Shown piece by piece: positions 31,344 to 39,800 of a stretch of DNA of 64,000 bases. The stretch spans positions 160,001 through 224,000 of the forward strand of contig CAVQFQ010000005.1 in the NCBI GenBank assembly GCA_963711835.1. The letters run 5' to 3'. A program made the translations under genes and the position numbers. Below the pieces are notes generated by a model that was not told the origin of the DNA, did not search any database, and saw nothing but the letters and a program-made list of their open reading frames with translations. Each line of letters opens with the position of its first letter. Position 1 is the stretch's first letter. The stretch comes from an uncultured delta proteobacterium. Lineage in GTDB: Bacteria > Desulfobacterota > RBG-13-43-22.

Positions 31344-31521
31344 GCGTCGCCCTATCCGCTTCTTCAGCTCGTCCAATTGCTGGCTTTACGCGGTGTACCA
31401 TTGCAGGGCAGTTTGGGCACAGGGGCCCCATGTCCTGAATTGGGTCCACCACATATTTAGCTCCGATTTCCGATAGTTCTTTTAACATGGATGAAGCCGT
31501 CACCGAGTTTGCTGTAAACTT
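31344..31521 (-). pseudogene. C-terminal remnant of an HNH endonuclease (McrA-like)
   Basis: EVYSKLGDGFIHV / KELSEIGAKYVVDPIQDMGPLCPNCPAMVHR resembles the motif GFIHVHH..PLSEI...YxVDP..DL.PVCPNCHAMxHR. Confidence 0.7.
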
Positions 31522-31585
31522 CCATAATGCCGCGCCTCACAAGCCGCGAGTTAACGAGCGGTCCTCGTGCAAGCACATGTTAGGC
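31522..31585 (-). other. integron attC site 5 (degenerate R' core)
   Basis: Minus strand GCCTAAC...ATTATGG; cac/gtg-c and ccgc/gcgg stems; overlaps the 3' end of the DUF2442 gene. Confidence 0.7.
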
Positions 31586-31833
31586 GCGAGATTTGGATCA
31601 ACGGGAATCATTTCCGCAACCAGAGTTTCAGGCGCAATGTCTTGTTCATGCGGCCAGGTGACTGCACCGAACAGTATGCCTACTTGATTGAAGTATTGGA
31701 CATCTCGAAGCTCGCGAAATACCCCATGATCAAGATAGGGCTTTAAATCAAAAATTCCCTTGCGCCCATCCTCAATCTCTACATAGATACGATAATCCGG
31801 CAGCGGTTTAACAATCTTTACATCCCAGTACAT
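31537..31833 (-). CDS. DUF2442 family protein (DhiA-like antitoxin)
   Basis: VKPLPDYRIYV..EDGRKG.FDLKPYLD.GVF..L...F..V....GAVTWP.EQDIAPETL. Confidence 0.88.
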   Translation of the reverse strand: MYWDVKIVKPLPDYRIYVEIEDGRKGIFDLKPYLDHGVFRELRDVQYFNQVGILFGAVTWPHEQDIAPETLVAEMIPVDPNLAPNMCLHEDRSLTRGL

Positions 31834-31842
31834 GATGGCACC

Positions 31843-31920
31843 TCACAGGGGATCTATTTTATAGGGAGTTTCTCCACTTACAGCCAGTTCCCAATCAGCT
31901 ACTAACTCATCGTGCCGGAT
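31843..31920 (-). pseudogene. C-terminal fragment of a DUF4160 protein
   Basis: IRHDELVADWELAVSGETPYKIDPL*, directly upstream of DUF2442. Confidence 0.75.
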
Positions 31921-32009
31921 GCAACATCGAAATACTTGGCTGCACGGATGCAACGCTGGCAGGCGACCTCTATAACCCACAGAAGATCGAGCTGGTCTCT
32001 CATCAACAT

Positions 32010-32319
32010 TTATTTGTAGAATCTTCCCTGCTCAGTTGAATACTGATCATCGACCGACCGTTGAAAGTTGACTGACCATGCGAAAACGTTCCGATTTGAA
32101 TCCGGCTTCCTCAAGGAGTCTTGTTGCAAGATCCACTGATTCTGCAGCAACAACAAAATCAACATCTTGAGTGACCATGGCTTCAGCCGCCCAATGATTA
32201 ACGGCTACGCCGCCGATTGCGCACCATACAAGATCCGCTCGCTCGAGACAATCGACCAAACGCATGACATCGTCTGTGCCACCTGCCGTCTGCCAATCAA
32301 AAAATTGTTTTGGTGTCAT
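32010..32319 (-). pseudogene. nucleotidyltransferase-family gene fragment
   Basis: CAIGGVAVNHW...TQDVDF motif; frameshifted continuation WSVNF.GRS.ISIQLS; truncated. Confidence 0.7.
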
Positions 32320-32420
32320 GTTGTGATCCTTGATTAAATTTTTTTGGACACCCCATCGCCAATACCAATGCACGCCTCAGATTCTGCGTACCTCGCCTGG
32401 AGAAATTGGACAGGCTACCC

Positions 32421-32822
32421 TTATTCTCTACTCCAGTTCTCTATCTTCAATCCTTTTATCTTGCCGAAGTGTTTTTCGTTATTCGTTACCAATGTGTAAT
32501 TCATGGTCATAGCAGTGGAAGCAATTAATAAATCCATATCATCGATAGGACTGCCTATTTTTTGGATGGTGACTTTGACGGCACTAAACGTTTCCATTAC
32601 GGCTTTATCTATTCCGATAATAGGAAACAGCTCCTTAATCCTATAAACAACGGCCAGGTTCTTCTCTACATTTCTTGACTTCTTGGCCCCGTAAAGCAAT
32701 TCGCCGTAGGTAATGACCGAAATGGCCTTGGGGATATTCTCGTTCAGCGAAAAGCGATTTTGAACGATGGCATCACCTTTTAAGCTATAAATGATAATAT
32801 CGGTATCAATCAAATAGGACAT
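32421..32822 (-). CDS. vapC: VapC PIN-domain toxin
   Basis: YLIDTDIII, ISVITYGELLYGA, DLLIASTA, LVTNNEKHF. Confidence 0.95.
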   Translation of the reverse strand: MSYLIDTDIIIYSLKGDAIVQNRFSLNENIPKAISVITYGELLYGAKKSRNVEKNLAVVYRIKELFPIIGIDKAVMETFSAVKVTIQKIGSPIDDMDLLIASTAMTMNYTLVTNNEKHFGKIKGLKIENWSRE

Positions 32823-33084
32823 TTTGCGCCTCGAATCGCTTGCTGTTCCTTCTATTCTTCTTGATGTCCTTAACTATTTCATCAGCAGTCCGGTTGTCAG
32901 CCCAGGAACCCGATAAAGAAAGAAACTCCCGAGTGGGGTTGTTCTTAAAACCCACCGGATTCGATAAATATTTTTCTAAAATCGAAATAACCTCCTGACT
33001 TAAAGAACGATTTTCCGATTTAGCCAGATTTTTCAAGGAAGAGTATAATCGATCGTCGATGTCTCGTACCTGCAATATAGCCAT
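32806..33084 (-). CDS. FitA/VapB-like ribbon-helix-helix antitoxin
   Basis: MAILQVRDIDDRLY..LK..A..ENRSLSQEV; overlaps vapC. Confidence 0.88.
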   Translation of the reverse strand: MAILQVRDIDDRLYSSLKNLAKSENRSLSQEVISILEKYLSNPVGFKNNPTREFLSLSGSWADNRTADEIVKDIKKNRRNSKRFEAQNVLFD

Positions 33085-33175
33085 GATATCACCTCCGGAT
33101 AACAATATGAGCTAATCTTCATGAAATGTCAATCAAAATACATGCAAGAGAGGTCATTTTCTATCGCCTTCATGG

Positions 33176-33469
33176 CTATTCGGTGTGCAAGGCATCAAGA
33201 ACAGCACTGGGATTTCTTGATGCGATGCGCAACAATGCCTTCGCCGGGCCTTCTGGTGTTCTTCGGCCTTGCTCCCAATTTTGCAGAGTTCGAACGCTAA
33301 CTCCTATCATAAGGGCGAAATCATTTTGTGAAACATTGAGTTTGTCTCGCACAGTCTTGATTTCCGGCGGTTTGATTTCATACATACGACTTGGCGCTTT
33401 ACGGCCAGCCTTGATCTCGCCAGCTTCTTTAATGCTGGCAGCCAGCCTTTCAAAATGGTCCTTTCTCAT
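33176..33469 (-). CDS. HigA2-like HTH (XRE) antitoxin
   Basis: VRDKLNVSQNDFALMIGVSVRTLQNWEQGRRTPEGPA. Confidence 0.92.
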   Translation of the reverse strand: MRKDHFERLAASIKEAGEIKAGRKAPSRMYEIKPPEIKTVRDKLNVSQNDFALMIGVSVRTLQNWEQGRRTPEGPAKALLRIASRNPSAVLDALHTE

Positions 33470-33780
33470 GATAACGACTCCTTGACCATCCCACGGAGCA
33501 GTTTGAGCTGGTCCGTGGTCAGGTCTTCTTGTTTATTTTTTCGGTATGGGAAAAGCATGAAGATGCTATCTGGAGGACTCCAATAGTAAATGACTCGCAG
33601 TGCCCCTCGTTTCCCAGAATCTGGAAGATTCCAGCGGATTTTCCTCAAGCCCCCACCACCTCGGATTAAAATTCCAGCATCCGGCCGCAGCATCAGGGTG
33701 GTCTGGAGCATCCTGTAGCTCTCATCAGGAAGTAGTAGCTGAATCTCCTTCGTGAAGATTGAGGTTTCGATGAAGATCAT
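33466..33780 (-). CDS. HigB2/RelE family toxin
   Basis: MIFIETSIF...PDAG.LI.GGGGLRKIRW...GKRGALRVIYY...KNKQEDL. Confidence 0.92.
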   Translation of the reverse strand: MIFIETSIFTKEIQLLLPDESYRMLQTTLMLRPDAGILIRGGGGLRKIRWNLPDSGKRGALRVIYYWSPPDSIFMLFPYRKNKQEDLTTDQLKLLRGMVKESLS

Positions 33781-33786
33781 GGTGAC

Positions 33787-33814
33787 ATGATACGCCATTG
33801 GCGTATTTTGTCAA
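33787..33814 (-). promoter_or_regulatory. sigma70 promoter with operator palindrome for higBA
   Basis: TTGACA-16-TATCAT, 6 nt before ATG 33780; palindrome atacgcca-t-tggcgtat (33790-33806) spans the spacer. Confidence 0.7.
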
Positions 33815-34127
33815 GTTTGGTAGTCCCGATCAAGCTGTTTAATGTTTTTCAATTAGCTTGTATATTACAGGGACGATTTTGAAATTTAAAAAAGATTGGG
33901 AGAGAAAGTCAAGGGAAATGTTTGAAAAGGCTTGCAAAACGGGTAATAATGGGCTCTAATAACAAGAAGGCGTTGGACCAATTTAAGCGAATCCGGATTG
34001 CCTTCCGGACCGTTAAATTGAGCTGCGCATTGATCTCGTAAACCCCCAAACCTCGGCCTGACGGCTATTCCGCTGAAGTTCATCGCCAGCCTGGTCGGGG
34101 GCTCTCGGGAACGACAAAGGAGGAAAA

Positions 34128-34658
34128 ATGCAAGCACGGGGACCGCTGATGATAGAACATCGTCTCATTGAACGGATGCTGGCTCTAATCCGGCGTACGC
34201 TGGGGGAAACAGAAAAAACAGGGGCCATCGATCCCTTTTTCGTCGACACCTCCGTTGACTTCATCCGGATCTACGCCGACCGCACTCACCACGGGAAAGA
34301 GGAAGACATCCTTTTCAAAAAACTCGAAAAGAAAGGCCTCGCTGATGAGGATGGTCGGGTCATGAAAGAACTGATCGCTGAGCACCTCTTCGGGCGGGAA
34401 ACAACCAAAGCCTTGTCGGAAGCCAATAACCGTTATCGGAAGGGTGAGGAAAAGGCCCTTGGAGAGGTGATCGCCTGTCTCCGTACTCTCGCGGATTTCT
34501 ATCCCAGGCATATTGAAAAAGAGGACAAAGTATTCTTCCCTGCTTCCCGGGCCTACTTCTCTGACGAGGAAGACCAGGCCATGCTGGCCGACTTCTGGGA
34601 GTTCGATCGGAAGATGATACACGAGAAGTACCAGTCGGTCGTCCAGGGCTTGGAGTAG
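34128..34658 (+). CDS. hemerythrin domain protein
   Basis: EHRLIE, HHGKEED, EH, HIEKED motifs. Confidence 0.92.
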   Translation: MQARGPLMIEHRLIERMLALIRRTLGETEKTGAIDPFFVDTSVDFIRIYADRTHHGKEEDILFKKLEKKGLADEDGRVMKELIAEHLFGRETTKALSEANNRYRKGEEKALGEVIACLRTLADFYPRHIEKEDKVFFPASRAYFSDEEDQAMLADFWEFDRKMIHEKYQSVVQGLE

Positions 34659-34848
34659 GGGTTGAATACGAAAAGGCGTTTTGTGTTCCGTTCGGCGTTC
34701 GGCGAAAAAAGATTTTCATAATTCGTCGTGCCCTCCCGGACATAAGGGTTTAGCGATGATTTGGTATTCTTCTGTAAAATAAGATACCTTTTCACCCTAT
34801 GAGGACTGAAGAAAGTCGCCACCCTTGGGGTACGGATTATTTACAACT

Positions 34849-36572
34849 ATGACCGTCAAGAAATTACAAAAACTGATCAAGGCCGCCCGTGGCGAAATAC
34901 CGGCCGATTTGGTTTTGAAGGGCGGCAGGGTCGTTAATGTCTTTTCCTGTGAGATCATCGAGGCCGATCTGGCCGTCTGCGATGATACCATCGTCGGGCT
35001 GGGTCGTTACGAAGGCAGGGAAATCATCGACTGCCGCCGGCGCGTCCTCTGCCCGGGTTTTATCGAAGGCCACTTCCATATCGAAAGCTCCATGCTGGTC
35101 CCGCACCATTTGGCGCCGGTGCTCCTGCCCCTGGGGACCACCACGCTCATAGCCGATCCTCACGAGATCGCCAATGTCTTCGGCCTGAAGGGCATTCAGT
35201 TCCTGTTGGACGACAGCGCCCGCCTCCCTCTGGAAATTTATCTCCTGGCCCCTTCCTGCGTACCGGCCACCGACCTGGAGACGGCCGGGGCCTCCTTAAG
35301 CGAAGAAGATCTCCGGCCCCTCAAGCGCAATCGCCGTATCCTGGGTCTGGCTGAGGTCATGAACTTCCCCGGGGTGCTTAAAGGCCGGCCGGACGTTATC
35401 AAAAAAATAGAGGCTTTTAAAAAGAAGGTCATAGACGGCCACGCTCCTTTGCTTACGGGAAAGGATTTATGCGCCTATATTGCCGCGGGGATTCGATCCG
35501 ACCATGAAACCACCCGCCTTGATGAGGCCCGTGAAAAACTGTCCCTGGGCATGCGGGTGATGATTCGCGAGGGAAGCCAGGCCAAAAACCTGGCCGATCT
35601 TCGCCGACTGATTACGCCCTGTAATGCCCGCCGCTGCCTGCTGGTATCGGATGACCGGCACCCGGAAGACCTGCAGCAGGAGGGACATCTGAACTTTATA
35701 GTGAAAAAGGCCATAGGCTTGGGAATCGATCCGGTCTCGGCCATCCAGATGGTCACCCTCAACCCGGCCGAGTATTTCGGGCTTCAGCCATCTGGGAGCC
35801 CTGGCCCCCGGCTACCAGGCCGATATCGTCATCCTGAGTTCCCTGTCCGGACTGGCTATTGAAGCGGTTATTAAAAGAGGTCGATTGGTTGCCCGCCGGG
35901 AAAAATTTCTCGCTGAAAACCCGGAACCGCAAAAATGGCCGTTGGGTCGCTCCATGAACCTCAAAGGGTTTACCTGGGAAAGGCTCCGGATTCCTTTGTC
36001 AGGGAAGGCAGGCCCGGGTCATCGGATTGGTTCCCGGCCAGATACTCACCCGACAGGAACAGGTTCCCGTTTCAGGGAAAAAGGGCTTTATTGATCTGGC
36101 CAAGGAGGAGGACGTGATTCAAATTGCCTCCGTCGAACGCCATCGGGCCACCGGGAATATAGGGCTGGGACTGGTCAGGGGATTCGGCCTGCAGCAAGGG
36201 GCCTTGGCCTCTTCCGTAGCCCATGACTCCCACAACATCCTGGTCATCGGCCGGGATCCGAAAGAGATGTTCCTGGCCGTTCAGGCCGTGGTGGAAATGG
36301 GCGGGGGGCAGGCAGCGGTCCTCGGCCATCGGGTTTTGGGGAAATTACCTTTGCCGGTGGCCGGATTGATGTCCGATCAGGGCCTGGACCAGGTGCTCGA
36401 ACAACAGGAGGCCCTGCTTAAGGCGGCTTCCCTGACCGGCTGCACCTTAGCCAATCCCTTCATGGCCCTCTCCTTCCTGGCCTTGCCCGTGATCCCGGAA
36501 CTCAGGATAACCGATAAGGGGCTGGTGGATGTCAACCGCTTTGAATTAGTCCCCTTGTTTTATGATGTCTGA
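34849..36572 (+). CDS. ade: adenine deaminase (frameshifts near 35788 and 36005)
   Basis: PGFIEGHFHIESS, DPHEIANV, DGHAP, DHE, REGS, DDRHP; LGALAPGYQADI in a shifted frame; VAHDSHN; LALPVIPEL. Confidence 0.92.
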
Positions 36573-36646
36573 CGGCCATATCATGAATAGCCCTAAAATA
36601 ATTTCAAACTTTGCGCCCTTTGCGTCTTTGCGGTGACAGTTTTTTT

Positions 36647-38252
36647 ATGAATCCAAAAATAGATTCTCATCAGGAAGCGATTGTCCAAGCCTTTTTGGAC
36701 CCTGCCTTTCATCCCAACCATCCCCGAAAGATCACCCATCTCCAGACCCATATCTCCCACATCTTTCTGACCGGCGGTCTGGTCTATAAAATCAAAAAAC
36801 CGGTCAACTTCCACTTCCTTGATTTTAGCACCCTGTCCAAACGCCGCTATTTCTGCCATCAAGAGGTTGCGCTTAACCGCCGTCTGACCCGGGATCTTTA
36901 TCTGGGTGTGACGAAAATCACCCTGGACAAGGGGAAGCCGGCCTTGAACGGGAAAGGACCGGTTGTGGAGTACGCCGTCGCCATGCGGGAGATGCCCCAG
37001 GAGCGGATGATGGACCGCCTGTTGAAATCCGGAAAGGTGGAACCCAGAGAGATCAAAGCCCTGGTTCGACGGCTGGTTCCTTTTTACGCCACGGCCCGAA
37101 CCGGTCGGGGAGTGAATGCCTACGGGCTCCCGAAAGGGATTGCCAAAAATACCGAAGAAAACTTTGAACAGATCCGTCTCTATGTCGGGAAATTGCTTTC
37201 CTCCCGGATGTACCGCCGAATTCGGACCTATAGCCGAAGCTTTCTGGAGCGGAACAGGGACTTGTTCCAAAAGCGCATCGAGGAAGGGCGTATCCGGGAC
37301 TGTCACGGCGATCTCCATTCAGGCAACATTTGCCTGACCAAGAAGGTTCAGATCTATGATTGCATCGAGTTCAATCCCCGCTTCCGTTACTCCGATACGG
37401 CCTGCGACCTGGCCTTTCTGGCCATGGACCTGGATTTTCACGGCTATAAAAATCTCTCCGACATCCTGGTAAAAAGCTATGTCCGCCAGTCAGGCGATAA
37501 GCAACTGCCTCGTTTGATGGATTTTTACAAATGCTACCGGGCCTGTGTCCGGGCCAAGGTCCATTCCCTGGCCTCCGTTGAGCCGGAAATTTCCTTTAAA
37601 GAAAAAAAGGATCATATCCGGCTGGCCAAGAATTATTATCAACTGGCTCACCGCTATGCCTTAAACGATAAGCCCCTTCATCTTGTCGTTTTCTTCGGCC
37701 TCATGGGCAGCGGAAAAACCTCTCTGGCCCGGGCCTTGGCCAAAGAAACGGGCTGGCCCCTGTTCAGCTCTGATGAGATCAGGAAAAAACTGGCTGGTTT
37801 GAACCCATCGGCCCGCCGCTGGGAGCCCTTTGGTAAAGGTATTTACTCTGGAGGAATGTCGCAAAAGACCTATTTAAAAATGAGGCAGGAAGCGGAACGG
37901 TTATTAAAAGAAGGGACAGTCGGTCATCTTAGACGCCTCGTACAGCCAGGAATCGGAACGACTTCCCCTTATGGATCTGGCCGGCCGAACCGGGGCCCGG
38001 CTTCATTTTATCAAATGCCGGGCACCAATAGCCGTCATCCGCCAACGTCTCAACCGGCGGAGCCGGGAAAAGGCCGCCGTCTCCGACGGCCGCTGGGAAA
38101 TTTTTGATCAACAGCGTGGCTCTTTTGAACCGATTAGCGGCCCGATCAAGGAACACCTGATCACCATTCAGACCACGCAGTCCCCCGAAACCCTTTCCAG
38201 CCGCCTTTTCAAAAAAATAGATCAACTTACCCATTACCACTCAAAGCAATAA
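36647..38252 (+). CDS. APH-like kinase / AAA_33 P-loop fusion protein (frameshift near 37915)
   Basis: THISHIFL, YKIKKPV, CHGDLH, DCIEFN; GLMGSGKT P-loop; C-terminus continues in the 37971-38252 frame. Confidence 0.88.
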
Positions 38253-38259
38253 TGGGTGA

Positions 38260-38421
38260 AATTTCTGGAATATAACCGAACCAATTCATCCACAATACCT
38301 GGTGAGCATCATGGTAGATGAGGACCAACAGGTGGTCGAATTTGATGAGGGGAATAATAGTTGGAACCTGACTATCGGGACCGGTGAGTACAGGCCTTAT
38401 TTGCCTATTATTTTAAAGTAA
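38260..38421 (+). pseudogene. CARDB-like C-terminal fragment ending in YLPIILK
   Basis: W...YLVSIMVDEDQQVVEFDEGNN...YLPIILK*, with an in-frame stop upstream. Confidence 0.55.
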
Positions 38422-38495
38422 CAAGGGAAGTCTGACTGGATCGGATCCATAGGGTCCTAACTCGCATCAGAGATATTTTATCTATCTGCCAATTA

Positions 38496-38762
38496 TTAGG
38501 GCAGACCTTCTTGTTTCAAAAGGTCATGGGTTCCAACCCGACGGAGTTCGAGGACCCGTTCATAAAAACGGAAAGTCAAGCGGTAACTGCGGCTGACTCG
38601 GATTTCGTATTTATCGGTTCCTTTCAGTTTTTTTAGTCGTAATGAAGGATGGGAGGAATTCTTGAGTAAAAGTTCTAATTGCTTGTCAACCCGGGTTTGG
38701 ATTTCCGAAGGCAACCGGCTATAATCCCTTAGGAAGGATTGGAGTCGTCTAATTTTTGCCAT
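38496..38762 (-). CDS. RelE/StbE-like toxin
   Basis: F.RDY..L......VDKQL.LL..N..HPSLRLKKLKG...EIRV...YRLTF...RRVGTHD. Confidence 0.88.
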   Translation of the reverse strand: MAKIRRLQSFLRDYSRLPSEIQTRVDKQLELLLKNSSHPSLRLKKLKGTDKYEIRVSRSYRLTFRFYERVLELRRVGTHDLLKQEGLP

Positions 38763-39024
38763 GCAGGTCTCTCAATAGATCATCCAGACCGTCAAACTCC
38801 TTGAACCTCCCCTTCTCAAGGTCTCTATCTGCTTCTTTTTCCTTCCCCTGCCATTCTTCCGTCCAGAACCAGGCTTGGTCCCTGGGGATTTTAACCGTTT
38901 TAACGGGGACCAGATGGACTTTTCGGTTTTTAATCTCGAATTCCACTTCATCACCCGGCTTCAGAACCAGGGCCTCCATGATTGATTTGGGAATGGAAAT
39001 CTGTCTTTTACTGCTGATCTTCAT
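38749..39024 (-). CDS. AbrB/MazE family antitoxin
   Basis: MKISSKRQISIPK...LKPGDEVEF; DQAWFWTEEWQ..E.EAD.D. Confidence 0.9.
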   Translation of the reverse strand: MKISSKRQISIPKSIMEALVLKPGDEVEFEIKNRKVHLVPVKTVKIPRDQAWFWTEEWQGKEKEADRDLEKGRFKEFDGLDDLLRDLHGKN

Positions 39025-39049
39025 AACCTTCTCTCCCACCTTGTTTTAT

Positions 39050-39081
39050 AGTAAAATAACTTTACCATTTTACTTTGTCAA
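39050..39081 (-). promoter_or_regulatory. promoter/operator of the AbrB-RelE module
   Basis: TTGACA on the minus strand; inverted repeat agtaaaat...attttact over the -35/-10 region. Confidence 0.55.
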
Positions 39082-39212
39082 TCGCAAACTATCCGATCCC
39101 TTAATAGCAAGTCTTAAGCGCTTAACCGGGAAAGCCATTGGGCGGCAGGTATCAGGGAGAGGCCTTTGGCTTGTTCTTCGTGCCGGATTGTGATGACGGA
39201 AATCACCGGCTA

Positions 39213-39689
39213 TCACCTTAGGGCGGCCTGGGTTCTATAATGCCGGTAAAAATCCCGGATGAAGCGTTTAATGTCCTTTCTGCCCTTCAAGGAAAAACCC
39301 AGCGTCTCGATTTTATTAATGACCGCCGTGGCCGGTTCTCCCCCCAAAAATCCGTTGGCCAGCATGATCAGACTGAGACCCAAGGCTTCGTCGTCGGTGT
39401 TGATGATGAACGGGCTGTGGCAGCAGCGGGTAACGAATTTTGAAAAATTGACCACATGCCCGTCATCTATGCGGCAGGCTTCCAGGTCGCATTCTTCAAC
39501 CGGGATGTGGGTGTAACGCATCCCGGCCCGGCGGACCTTGCGGGCCAGCTCCTTATCCAGGAGCGCCGCCGGCATAATGTCCAGGACCATCTTGTAGCCT
39601 TGCTTGGAGAGCTGGAGCAGATCCTCAGGCCTGGGTCTGCCCAACAGGATAGCGTCCTTCTCCAACTTGACCTGTTTAAAAAAATACAC
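39213..39689 (-). CDS. hypothetical protein with a tyrosine/dual-specificity phosphatase-like layout
   Basis: GRP.PEDL..L...GYK.VLDI...GMRYTHIPV; no CX5R loop. Confidence 0.55.
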   Translation of the reverse strand: MYFFKQVKLEKDAILLGRPRPEDLLQLSKQGYKMVLDIMPAALLDKELARKVRRAGMRYTHIPVEECDLEACRIDDGHVVNFSKFVTRCCHSPFIINTDDEALGLSLIMLANGFLGGEPATAVINKIETLGFSLKGRKDIKRFIRDFYRHYRTQAALR

Positions 39690-39800
39690 GGTTAGGACCT
39701 CCTCTTCTCCAGGGATTTCTTTGACTTTCCCTAAAAACCATGATAGCCTATACTATAATAGAAAAATTAAAAACGGTTTGCAACCTTAGATGGAGGGAAC

